Origin: an uncultured Nitrospiraceae bacterium | GTDB taxonomy: Bacteria > Nitrospirota > Thermodesulfovibrionia > Thermodesulfovibrionales > Dissulfurispiraceae | Direction: 5' to 3' | Length of the DNA: 64,000 bases | NCBI GenBank assembly: GCA_963727805.1 | Contig: CAVSHF010000003.1 | Coordinates: forward strand, 1,504,001-1,568,000 | Shown here: positions 40,941 through 50,431 of the stretch, one piece after another | Layout: the number at the start of each line of letters is the position of its first letter | Numbering within the stretch: the stretch's first letter is position 1 | The notes under the pieces: model-generated | What the model was told of the DNA's origin: nothing | The model's input: the letters and a program-made list of their open reading frames with translations, nothing else | The model's database searches: none | Position numbers and translations under genes: made by a program

Positions 40941-42185
40941 ATGAAAAGAACATACGTGCTGGACACAAACGTTGTTGTTCAAAACCCGAACGCAGTGACG
41001 ACATTCGATGAGCATGATGTTATAGTCCCTATGACAGTGATTCGTGAGCTAGACCAGATGAAAAAAGGGGCTACGTCGGTATCATACAGTGCACGAGCGG
41101 CCTTGCGTGTGCTGGCATCCCTGGTGGAGCAGGATGAGGTGAATCGAAGCGTCAACGTACCGTTGCCAGGTGGCGGCCAGCTCAGCATTGACTCGAGTTC
41201 GATTGGGGATGACCCCTCCCTTTGTCCCGATGACCAGATTATTGCAGTGGCACAGGAGTTAACAAAGCAAGGGAAGCCCGATGTCTGGCTTATCAGCAAG
41301 GACACGGCCGTTCGCCTTAAAGCCAGTGCCAAGGGTCTTAAAACTGATGACTATCGGCATGATCAGGCCCGGCTGCATGAAAAATATGGGCGTCTGCTCG
41401 TTGAAGATGAACCCGTTAATGGCATTAAATCGGTTCGGTACCGCCTTGCCGGTGACAGCATCTGGAAGATACGGGGGACCAATGAGAAAAAAGCCCGACG
41501 CACACGCGAAGTATACGGAATAACTGCCAAGACACCCGAACAAGATGCACTCATTGATGCGCTTACAGATCCAGAGATCGAATTTGTTTGTGTCACAGGA
41601 GTACCGGGCGGCGGGAAGACCCTTCTTGCGCTTGCCTGTGGGCTGCTGCAGACCCAGAAGAGGTCGCCGCTTTATGACCAATTGATTGTCGCACGCCCCG
41701 TAACTCCCCTCAGGGGCAATGATCTCGGATACTTACCTGGCGATGTGGAGGCGAAAATCGGTCCTCACATGTTGGCCATTTGGGATGCGCTTGAAATGCT
41801 ACTGCCCACCGCAAAGGGCGAAAAAGACGGAGTCGCATACGGAAGCTATCCCAATGCCAAACTGCTTATCGACCAGGGGAAGCTCGCCCTGGAACCTCTC
41901 ACCTTTATCAGGGGACGTTCCCGTCCAAGAATCTACTACATAATCGATGAAGCCCAGCAATTGTCGCGTTTAGAAGCCAAGACCATTATTGCACGTATGG
42001 GCGCTGGCGCAAAGCTTGTGTTTACTGGGGACTTAGGGCAGATTGACAATCCCTTCATGGACGAACGATCATCCGGATTGGCGTTGACAATCGAAGGTTT
42101 TATCAAAGAAGACAACTTTTGTTATCTCCACCTTTGCCAGTCGTGCCGATCGCGCCTTGCCGAACAGGCTGACACGCTTTTGTAA
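40941..42185 (+). CDS. PIN-PhoH (PhoH2-like) protein
   Basis: PIN (YVLDTNV, ELD, DD.I, SKD), GGGKT, GYLPG, IRGRS and DEAQ. Confidence 0.92.
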   Translation: MKRTYVLDTNVVVQNPNAVTTFDEHDVIVPMTVIRELDQMKKGATSVSYSARAALRVLASLVEQDEVNRSVNVPLPGGGQLSIDSSSIGDDPSLCPDDQIIAVAQELTKQGKPDVWLISKDTAVRLKASAKGLKTDDYRHDQARLHEKYGRLLVEDEPVNGIKSVRYRLAGDSIWKIRGTNEKKARRTREVYGITAKTPEQDALIDALTDPEIEFVCVTGVPGGGKTLLALACGLLQTQKRSPLYDQLIVARPVTPLRGNDLGYLPGDVEAKIGPHMLAIWDALEMLLPTAKGEKDGVAYGSYPNAKLLIDQGKLALEPLTFIRGRSRPRIYYIIDEAQQLSRLEAKTIIARMGAGAKLVFTGDLGQIDNPFMDERSSGLALTIEGFIKEDNFCYLHLCQSCRSRLAEQADTLL

Positions 42186-42186
42186 T
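42040..42186 (+). repeat. 147-bp direct repeat, copy 1 (3' end of phoH)
   Basis: Matches 43589-43735 with 3 substitutions. Confidence 0.95.
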
Positions 42187-42511
42187 GTCAAAGCAGAGTT
42201 CTATAGGATGCAGTAAATTTCTTAGTTCTGTGCAGTAAAGTTCTCTTGGAGTCTTTGATGGGAATGGATGTTAATTTCCTCCCGTAAAAAGCCATCAAGA
42301 CCGCGATCGAGCGCTTTCGCATAAGTATTTAGGTCTTCAGGCTGGTCTTCAGCATTTTTAATAGGGCCTCCGATTCTTTCCATAATCTTGATACGTTATA
42401 TTGAGATTTATGCATGTGTCTAAGTATGTATTCCAAGCAATTGTGTTACGCTCCAGTGACTATTAGTGTGCTAACGATCTTGAAACTAAATAGTCGGAGA
42501 TGCTCTTAGAC

Positions 42512-42548
42512 ATAAATAAACCGGACCTGAGTTTTCACTCCGGTCCGG
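42512..42548 (-). terminator. Terminator of the 42628-43227 gene
   Basis: CCGGACC..GGTCCGG hairpin followed by TTTATTTAT on the minus strand. Confidence 0.55.
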
Positions 42549-42627
42549 GCCCGGGCCGTTGTCACTTGTCAGTCGTCATCGCGCAGTTGCTAGGCATGCG
42601 TCCGAAAGTCCGAAACTAAAATCCTGA

Positions 42628-43227
42628 TTAGATCAGTTTTTTTCTAATCCCCACCAGCCCCATCAGACCGGAGCCAAACAGCCAGGCTGCAGCCGGAATC
42701 GGGGTGGCTGTGGCGGGTGTGAGGCTTGCTGTAGCACTCCCACTCCCACCAGTTAAATATGACGCCCAATATGCATAAGTGTTTGGACCGGTGGCCCCTA
42801 TACCTATGGCGGGAACATTATCAGTGGAGCTATTTACAGACCCATTTACAACGAGAGGGTTATTAAGAAGCCCCGAACTTTGCACGAGTATCATCCCATT
42901 ATACTGATCAGCAGGATTAAATACAGGGTTTGAACCAGGAGATAACAGGTTATCAGCTCCACTTAAATTAGCACCAGCCCCATCACTATTTTGAGCAGTA
43001 AGCATCGGAGCAAGCAAGGCATAACTAATACCATTGTTTAAACTGCCATCTCCAGTTAGAGAAGCACCAGTAGCAAGTAACGGACCATTACCATTGGAAG
43101 CCGTGTAAAGTGTACCTGTAAAACCGTACTTGCCATCTGTACTAAGAAAGCTAAACGAGTAATCAGCATATGCCGAACTATAGCTGATACAGACCATAGC
43201 CACCATTAAGAACAATAATTTCTTCAT
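42628..43227 (-). CDS. PEP-CTERM/VPLPA-CTERM-type surface protein
   Basis: Signal peptide MKKLL..AYA; S/T/G/N-rich; C-terminus TPIPAAAWLFGSGLMGLVGIRKK; GGAGG SD. Confidence 0.88.
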   Translation of the reverse strand: MKKLLFLMVAMVCISYSSAYADYSFSFLSTDGKYGFTGTLYTASNGNGPLLATGASLTGDGSLNNGISYALLAPMLTAQNSDGAGANLSGADNLLSPGSNPVFNPADQYNGMILVQSSGLLNNPLVVNGSVNSSTDNVPAIGIGATGPNTYAYWASYLTGGSGSATASLTPATATPIPAAAWLFGSGLMGLVGIRKKLI

Positions 43228-43392
43228 TTTTCTCACCTCCTTTTTTTTAGATTTGATCAAATGACAACATTGTAGTTATTTGTATAATGTTATTCTTTTA
43301 CTGTTGCTTTATGCTCCTTACCTGATCGGAGTGTTACCCTTTGAATTTCAATTAGCCTGCACCAACATGGTCGGTGGTTTTGTCCGATGAAT

Positions 43393-43468
43393 AAAAAAAC
43401 CCGGAGCAGAACCTAACTGGTTCAAACTCCGGGTTTTCTGGTCCCTTAAAAGGTCAGCAAAATGCCCG
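43393..43468 (-). ncRNA. Conserved leader RNA + terminator, copy B
   Basis: CGGGCAUUUUGCUGACCUUUUAAGGGACCAGAAAACCCGGAG...CUCCGGGUUUUUUU. Confidence 0.75.
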
Positions 43469-43490
43469 TACCCTTATGCTAATTAATTTG

Positions 43491-43544
43491 ATTATACGAG
43501 TACCCTGTTACAAGATTATTACGAGATGATTACAAGACTATGAA
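43491..43544 (-). promoter_or_regulatory. Pho-box-type promoter (copy B unit)
   Basis: Minus strand TTCAT, GTAAT, GTAAT, GTAAC at 11-bp period; 10 bp; TATAAT (43496-91). Confidence 0.75.
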
Positions 43545-43588
43545 GGCTGGCTCGCGCAGACTATTAGTAATAAAATTAGGGTGACTTA

Positions 43589-43735
43589 AGATTGATAATC
43601 CCTTCATGGATGAACGATCATCCGGATTGGCGTTGACAATCGAAGGTTTTATCAAAGAAGACAACTTTTGTTATCTCCACCTTTGCCAGTCGTGCCGATC
43701 GCGCCTTGCCGAACAGGCTGACACGTTTTTGTAAT
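43589..43735 (+). repeat. 147-bp direct repeat, copy 2 (phoH 3' fragment)
   Basis: Matches 42040-42186. Confidence 0.95.
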
Positions 43736-43779
43736 CTTAGGCAGCGTGGATGTGGGATGCAATAACGTGCTTCCCATGC

Positions 43780-43867
43780 GTTAGCTGAGTTTCTCCATGT
43801 CCTTATGCTGCTTTTGCAGCCTTTTGCTGTCTCACTCAAATTTGGTAGTGTGTTGGAACTTAAGCAC
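43780..43867 (-). pseudogene. YafQ-like toxin remnant
   Basis: GTG start overlapping the antitoxin stop; reads MLKFQHTTKFE*DSKRLQKQHKDMEKLS*. Confidence 0.55.
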
Positions 43868-44126
43868 TATTTGTTTATATTCTCGAAGAACTCATCAAGA
43901 CTATTATAGGAATGCAGTTCTTTCCCTTGGCGAGCCTTTTGAAGCGTTTCCGCTGTCTCTTTGTTCGGAAGCCCGACATTGGAGGGAAGTCGCCTTCTCA
44001 ACGTTACCTGTTTGTAAAAAAGGGGATTACCTCCGTGCTGGACAACCCCAACTTTTCAAAAATGCCTTCAGCCCCTTTCTTGAAAGTAGGCTCCACTCGT
44101 GCTCGTATAGTCTCTGTCTTCGCAAT
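43867..44126 (-). pseudogene. RelB/DinJ antitoxin, frameshifted
   Basis: AKTETIRARVEP..AEGIFEKLGLSSTE, a frameshift, then FYKQVTLRRRLPSNV.LPNKETAETL. The start codon reads ATT. Confidence 0.75.
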
Positions 44127-44543
44127 GTCTATGATTACCCTGCTTTTTGAAGATGTGCTTGCTTTTTCTCTTGTACCCCATTTGAGGAGCAAAAGCAAAT
44201 GATGGTTCTAAGCATAAATTAGCGCTGGCCAAAAGGAACGATGAGAAAGGCGCGCCGATGATTTTCTCTCTGGTGTGCGGAGGCATAGCGGAATAAGTAA
44301 GGCCATCCATTTTTTACACGGCGAGGTGTATCTTTGATTTGCGCAGAGCAGCATAGGGTATTTCTTACACCTGAAGCTCAACACCTCGGGCATCTCATCA
44401 ACATTGATGATTTCCTCCAGAAAGAAATTGTTAAAATCAGGTTCTCAGGTTCTTCTTATACAGCGAATACTCAAAGATGTCATTACAAGTGCCTTTTTTT
44501 TGGCATTAAATGTTTTTTACAGAGTTCAACAGAGCAACTGTCG

Positions 44544-44984
44544 TCACTTTCCCCTTTCCCCCGATTGCTTCCAATTGTTTTTGAAAACTTCTTGAGCTTC
44601 CTCTATTGAGAAATCAGGCGGCAGTTGGGTATATCGCGGTTCATAAACGGTGACGCTACCGTCTTTGGGAATCATTGAGTATTGTCCCTTGATGGATAAT
44701 ATTGCGCCGACTGTCATATCGGAGAGAATCTTTATGCGGGCATCTTCTCGATTCTGGGAGAAATGGAACTCTAATCCTAACTTGAAAACAAATCCGTAGC
44801 TGTCGAGGGCAATGCAATCAATGGCAATGTGCATCGCTTTGTCAGGATGGATATATGACTCAACTTTTTCTATTCTGACAAATGTATTGAGTTCAAACCC
44901 GCCGCAAAACAGATAATGATTGAAAGCGGTAACTTCCCCACTTTCGATGTTCTTAATGTTCCCACTTACTATTTTGTCTTTCAT
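44544..44984 (-). CDS. Hypothetical protein
   Basis: 146-aa ORF with AAGGA SD; no recognised motif. Confidence 0.55.
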   Translation of the reverse strand: MKDKIVSGNIKNIESGEVTAFNHYLFCGGFELNTFVRIEKVESYIHPDKAMHIAIDCIALDSYGFVFKLGLEFHFSQNREDARIKILSDMTVGAILSIKGQYSMIPKDGSVTVYEPRYTQLPPDFSIEEAQEVFKNNWKQSGERGK

Positions 44985-45849
44985 TCTTATCCTTCTGATG
45001 ATGATTTATCTGGTGGGCTGCTCAAGCATATAATTCATAGCCGACAAATCTTTGTGAAGTAAGATCATCATTTCTCAACGCCCCAGTGTATCATCATAAT
45101 AAATTGTAGCCGAAACGACGCAGTAAAGCATCTAATTAACAAGAGAAAAGGCATGAAATATAAGAAGTTACTAATTTTGTGACCCCCATCACAAAAAATC
45201 AGCCAGATTAATTCACTGAGCCGCCCAGCGGCATTGCGGCATTTTGGCCACATCTCCAGTTGGCTGGGGAATCTCGATTATAGCGGTGACAATTGTAGCC
45301 AACTGCACATTTAGTAGGACCTTGTGGTTTCGCTTTCTCCGTGCGATTTCATTCCGCAGGAGCAATCTTTCCCGCCGATGGTCAGTGACTCCTAAAATTG
45401 TGCAGAATATTGACCCTAGTCCAGCAAAGAAACGTTGCCTAAGCGACGCCGTATATTAACTGAACATTCTTATTGGTATGCTTACTTTACATACACGCAA
45501 ACATGCAAGTGTTGTTGCAACTTTCCATTGATAGGTGACCTGAATGCATGTTGCGGATCAATGCCGGGGACCGTATTTAAAGCTGTGTGAGTGTAGATTG
45601 TAAAATGGAAGTAGTGACAGACAGCTTGTGGGCTGCCTTGGTAGTGCCCTGTAAGACACACAGCAATCGCGGAGGGTTAAACTCTGTAAATCGGCAACGC
45701 CATTTTCTCTCAGGTGGTTTATTTTCAGCCCTTCAATTCGATTTTTCCGCCTTCTCCGTATATTCCAGGAAAGGCCATCGCATTAAGGGCGTCGTGGCGT
45801 CAACCAGTGCTTTAACTATAACTTATTTAAAAAGCTTATCTCTCTAAAA

Positions 45850-45903
45850 GTAACGCAAATGTCACATTTAGTTCACTTTCTCGCAACAATTATTTGCTAT
45901 AGT
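45850..45903 (+). promoter_or_regulatory. Pho-box-type promoter (copy A unit)
   Basis: GTAAC 45850, GTCAC 45861, TTCAC 45872, GCAAC 45883; 10 bp; TGcTATAGT with -10 at 45898. Confidence 0.75.
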
Positions 45904-45915
45904 TTAATCAGGTTG

Positions 45916-45994
45916 CGGGCACTTTGCTGACCTTTTTGGGGAACCAGAAAACCCGGATATGTCATTCCAGTCCAATGATATATCCGGGTTTTTT
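45916..45994 (+). ncRNA. Conserved leader RNA + terminator, copy A
   Basis: CGGGCACUUUGCUGACCUUUUUGGGGAACCAGAAAACCCGGAU...AUCCGGGUUUUUU. Confidence 0.75.
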
Positions 45995-46036
45995 AGCTTC
46001 TTGAGGAATAAAATACAGTAAAATAAGGAGACTGCA

Positions 46037-46714
46037 ATGAGGAAAAGAGTACTAAGTGGATTGTTTCTGTTGGTTGCAGGACTAATCTTCCTGATCCCTT
46101 TTCAGGCCAGTGCTGCGTTGACGTACACAATGACCGGTTATCAGAACCTGGGTCCGTTATATGCGTCCGGGGAAATAACTGGCAATTTGACTGGCGATCT
46201 GATTATTGCGCCTCTGTATTCATTTTGCGTTGATAATCAGGCGCTTCTTTACCAAAATACCCCTTATGCAGCGACGTTAAGCCCGATAGGCAGCAACCAG
46301 GGGCTGCTTGAGTCGGCATATCTCATCGCCACATATGCTCCGAGCAATACTGCCTTGACGGACGTTAATAAGGGAGTGGAACTTCAGTGGGCTATGTGGA
46401 TGGCTTTAGGCCAAGCATCACCTTTAGGATCACCTTCAACTAGTGGCAGCTTGGCGAATACATATTCGTCTATTTACACTCAGGCTCTGCAATATCAATC
46501 AAATGCTCAAACGTGGTACACCAGTGCTAGTGCTGGCGATCTTGCTCAGTATGCCAGCATGTACCAGGAACTTCAGCTCCAAGGTAGCCAGAATCTGTTG
46601 TTGGTTCAAACTTCCACCGGAGGTAATCTTCCAACTCCCATCCCTTCAAGTATTGTTCTTCTCGGTCCCGGCCTAATTGCTCTCGGTGCTGTCAGAAGAA
46701 GATTTCAGATGTAG
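46037..46714 (+). CDS. PEP-CTERM/VPLPA-type surface protein
   Basis: Signal peptide; YSFCVD..LQWAMW; C-terminus PTPIPSSIVLLGPGLIALGAVRRRF. Confidence 0.88.
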   Translation: MRKRVLSGLFLLVAGLIFLIPFQASAALTYTMTGYQNLGPLYASGEITGNLTGDLIIAPLYSFCVDNQALLYQNTPYAATLSPIGSNQGLLESAYLIATYAPSNTALTDVNKGVELQWAMWMALGQASPLGSPSTSGSLANTYSSIYTQALQYQSNAQTWYTSASAGDLAQYASMYQELQLQGSQNLLLVQTSTGGNLPTPIPSSIVLLGPGLIALGAVRRRFQM

Positions 46715-46725
46715 GCTTTATCAAT

Positions 46726-46764
46726 AAAAAAAGGCAGGGTCAGAAACCGCCCTGCCTTTTTTTT
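46726..46764 (+). terminator. Bidirectional intrinsic terminator
   Basis: A-tract, GGCAGGG..CCCTGCC stem, T8. Confidence 0.85.
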
Positions 46765-47149
46765 CTTTGCAGGATCGAACCGGACAGGATAGTTTCAGGG
46801 CCACATCGCAACTCTTCGCCGGCGGCATCTTCATACGGGATCCGTCGTGCTGATCTAATCGATCAAATAGCAAATTATTAGCTATATTGCTTCGATTATT
46901 ACTTCGGGGTACTCCGCAAATATTGAGGGATAGAGCTGCAATGACTCTAAGCAAAAGCCAAGCAGGCGCATTTGACAGTTTCTAAATTGTTGAAGAAGGC
47001 CGCCTGATCTCAATTATTTAGGAACAGTTTGCAGCAGTGCCGTTTCCTGAAAATCAAGATTTGTACACGATATAAACGGCTGGCTAAGGTCGCCTAACTG
47101 CTTGATTCGCGTTGGATGTGGGAATCGCCCCATGATGATTACGTTTTAA

Positions 47150-47290
47150 ATAGAGCGTCTTCACCGTGTCGGGTACGTTTTCAATGAACTGTGAGTAGTT
47201 AACCGTGTTTTGCGTGACCTGCCTCTTAAAGGCGGCCTCCGCGATCCGCTTGATAAGTGGCACCCGTACCCCTTCTTTCCCACTTACATG
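47150..47290 (-). mobile_element. Degenerate IS256-family transposase fragment
   Basis: Minus strand SGKEGVRVPLIKRIAEAAF resembles the GKDG.L.PLIK...EAAL N-terminal motif. Confidence 0.4.
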
Positions 47291-47711
47291 ATGTGAGCAG
47301 GGCCTGCTTCAAAATCATTAGTATGGCCCTCTTATTTTATGTTGCCGGCAAGCCTTTGCCATGTGAGATTGCGCACAGAAATGAACACATGCTTGATTCA
47401 TGATCACTCTGCAGCGTACAAGTGGAAATAATCAGCGTCAGTGCTCAAGATTTCCCGGAAGCGCGCACAAACTAATGATCCCTAAAAATGCTCATCACCG
47501 TCGGCATATCACAGTGGTCCTTTCTTGATGGCACCGACCTCTCTTTCAATTACTACCCTTTGCAGCTGCCGATAATTTTTCAGCATCTTTTGGTATCTCC
47601 TCCGGACGGATCGAGAGGCCATTATGATGCCAATGAATGTAACGATAAATTAACTAATGCCAGGCTTTATTTATGGTATTGTTAATGTATAAAATTTAGG
47701 AGGTGGTTTAG

Positions 47712-48473
47712 TTGAAGAAGATTCTATTTGCCCTGCTCGTTTTCTTTCTGTTATTTCCTATGGCATATGCTCGCGGTGCTGACACGAAATGCGGGACTCT
47801 GACTAAGGAAGAAGCAACTGCGATTGTGAAGCATTTGGATCCTAATTTGAGCGCTATCGATGTTAGAACCAGCCCTGCAGAAGGTATGTGGGAGGTTACC
47901 GTCAATACCGGGGCAAAGAAAGTACTGGCATATATAGACTGCTCGAAACGTTACATCATATTAGGCGAGCTGCTCGACACAAAAGAAAAAAAGAACCTGA
48001 CGCGTGAGCGGATGACAGAGATCAACAAGGTTGGCGTTTCGTCCATTCCCCTAGATGATGCACTCGTTATGGGCGATAAAAGCGCCCCTCACAGGCTGAT
48101 TGTATTCGATGATCCTGAGTGACCATACTGCGCCAAACTTCATCAGGAGATGAAGCAGATTGTCGAAAAAAGAAAAGACATTGTTTTTTTAATAAAGATG
48201 TTCCCCCTTGCCATGCACAAGGGGTCGTATGATAAGGCAAAGGCCATTGTGTGTGAGAAGTCACTCAAGCTTCTTGATGATGCTTTTGAAAATAAGGAGC
48301 TACCTCCGGCAAAATGCAATACACAGGTGCTGGAAGATAATATAACATTGGCGGGCAAGCTTGGTATCCAGGGCACACCTGCAATTATATTCCCGGATGG
48401 GAGGATCGTACCAGGGTATATGCCTGCAGATTCTCTGATTAAGGAAGTGGATGTGGGTACTGCTCCAAAGTAA
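47712..48473 (+). CDS. DsbC-like thiol:disulfide oxidoreductase, selenoprotein (UxxC)
   Basis: The two ORFs share one frame. The active site reads FDDPE-TGA-PYC, a SECIS-like hairpin follows, and GIQGTP and GYMPA are present. Confidence 0.85.
48123..48158 (+). promoter_or_regulatory. Bacterial SECIS-like hairpin
   Basis: CUUCAUC-AGGA-GAUGAAG (48138-55), starting 15 nt after the UGA. Confidence 0.7.
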
Positions 48474-48589
48474 TCGAATATGCCAGCGAATGAACGGGTG
48501 ACCGGAATGCATCGGAATGGGTGGGAATCGTCCGGATAATGCAGGATTATGATCTTTTTTGACAGCACGCATGGCAATAAAGTGGTGTA

Positions 48590-49120
48590 TTATCGGGAAT
48601 TTCACTGAGCGTCGCTGGAGAGAGCTCTAGCCCGCACATGTCCTCCAGGTGGTGGGGCATTATCCGCGTAGCTCATTTTCAGACCTTGGCACGCCACGAT
48701 TCTGTCATTAGGGGCTTTGCCCAGAGTATTCAGTCAATTCTTTACAAGTTCGGGTTTGAACGTGGCATCCTTGTCACGCGAGGTTGCAAGCTCGAAAGTG
48801 ACGTAGTCGGAGCAAACGGTATTTTGTGTTTTTTATCATTCTCTTCGTTCTTTGTTTCTGGCGGTTCGGAGTCGATATGGGATTCTACCGCCCTTTTAAG
48901 GTGGCCTTCAAGATCCGTTTGATAAGAGGCATCAGTCCCTCATCTTTCCCACTTGGGGTATGCTAGCCTTGAGTTTCTCAATGATTTCCTTCTGAAAGGC
49001 TTCAAATCAAATCCGGTGGACAATAACTTCTTGAAATCCTGTTCCATATCAATCTTCCATACATAGATTGTAGCCCATCAGGCTATCCAGAATAATTGAC
49101 ACAGTTTATTTCATAGACCG
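48590..49120 (-). mobile_element. IS256-family remnant (decayed transposase + left end)
   Basis: Fragments EAFQKEIIEKLKA, LMPLIKRILKA, FELATSRDKDATFKPELVK and HLEDMCGLELSPATLSEIPD, broken by stops and frameshifts. IR-like GGTCTATGAAATAAACTGTGTC at 49119-49098. Confidence 0.7.
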
Positions 49121-49354
49121 GAGACGGGCGCCACTCCAGACTCTTAACGAGGGTCTTGCTATGCATAACAAATTCATCTATGAACATCTAGAAGGGAAGA
49201 GTCTGCGTAGCCGCGAATAAAGCCCTTAACCGGAAGGCCAACTTTGAATTCAATTAGTTACAGCGCACGCGAGCCGCAGGGGGATATATTTCCCTGCGAC
49301 GCGCGATTTCTTCACCTATCATGTTCGACTCCCCGAACTGCAAAGAAGTCGTAA

Positions 49355-49978
49355 CTAACACTCAACCCCGTGGCGCTGTACTTTAGGAAATTCACGCTTT
49401 CTCCCCATCACACGCAATCCCCCGATCATGGACAGTCCGGACCCTAATAGTAAAACGGCAGAAGGAATAGGAGTCGGACTGGGATTGGGTTCGCCTTTCG
49501 CCCAGTGCCTATGCTCCCATTGCCCTTTCTCCATCCATTGCCACTTATTGTGGGCGTCTTCATCTCCGCCGCGCCAATGCTCACCTTTGAAGCCTCGGAG
49601 CTGTGCTGAGTCGTCTGCCCATTTCTGGTCTGGGTCGTCCTGTTTTGCCTTCGCCCAGCGTCTATTTTGCTCGGAATCTTTCTTCTCCCATTGTAACTGA
49701 TACTGGACATTTTCATATCCGCCGAACCCAATTTCACCCTTTAAGCCTTGAAGCCGTGACTGCAAATATCGCTGTTCCTCACTGCTCTGACCGCTGGCTA
49801 GCGGGTAGGTATTCCCCCATGAGGCAACATCCGTCTTTGTCTGCTCCCACGTTGTCCCGGATTGAAATACACCGTTGGACTCCTGGTCGGCGCTTATACT
49901 GGCCTGGGCTGAAACGCCGAGACTAAGAATGCCGATTAATACAACTACAGTCATAATGTTTTTTACGACAGTTTGCAT
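49355..49978 (-). CDS. PEP-CTERM-type surface protein with internal repeat
   Basis: Signal peptide; C-terminus PTPIPSAVLLLGSGLSMIGGLRVMGRKR. Confidence 0.8.
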   Translation of the reverse strand: MQTVVKNIMTVVVLIGILSLGVSAQASISADQESNGVFQSGTTWEQTKTDVASWGNTYPLASGQSSEEQRYLQSRLQGLKGEIGFGGYENVQYQLQWEKKDSEQNRRWAKAKQDDPDQKWADDSAQLRGFKGEHWRGGDEDAHNKWQWMEKGQWEHRHWAKGEPNPSPTPIPSAVLLLGSGLSMIGGLRVMGRKREFPKVQRHGVEC

Positions 49979-50098
49979 ATTATCTCCTTTCTGATCTTAT
50001 CCAGGCCCTTCGTTGTTATATGACAAGCAGCAAAGAGCTTCTATTAGGTTAATAAGTTACTCTTAAGACGGATGCCTTACACACCAGCCTTAGTGCGA
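49976..50098 (-). repeat. Duplicated ~123-bp intergenic leader, copy 1
   Basis: Similar to 50297-50420; ends in GAAAGGAGA-ATG. Confidence 0.8.
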
Positions 50099-50119
50099 TT
50101 CGGAATTGATAACAGTGAT

Positions 50120-50299
50120 TCATTCCATAATCCCCGCTGCCTTCAACGCTTGTGTAACGTCCAGGGAATTCTCATCGCTGGATCACAGTTCTAGAGCTAA
50201 TTCAGACTCCTTTTCACCGAAGATGAGCTGGTAGCAGAAACTGAGCAGCCCGACTAATAACACAACAGCAATAATACTTCTCCTGATGAAAGCATTCAT
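50120..50299 (-). pseudogene. Short or degenerate secreted-protein ORF
   Basis: MNAFIRRSIIAVVLLVGLLSF..LEL*SSDENS..; the N-terminus resembles that of 49355-49978. Confidence 0.45.
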
Positions 50300-50420
50300 A
50301 GAATCTCCTTTCTGATTTTATCCAGGCACTTCGCTTTTTCTCGCAATACGAGCAGCAAAGAGCCGGCATGCGGTTCATAAATCAAGCATAAGACAGATGT
50401 CTTACACAGCCTTAGTGCGA
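50297..50420 (-). repeat. Duplicated ~123-bp intergenic leader, copy 2
   Basis: Similar to 49976-50098. Confidence 0.8.
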
Positions 50421-50431
50421 AGCAAAATGGA

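Noticed and set aside
45916..45930. GGCAC-TTTGC read as a sigma54 promoter
   Set aside because: The GG and GC elements are too close for -24/-12 spacing, and copy C lacks GGCAC at this position.
50183..50185. In-frame TGA as selenocysteine
   Set aside because: No Cys-like context and no convincing hairpin.
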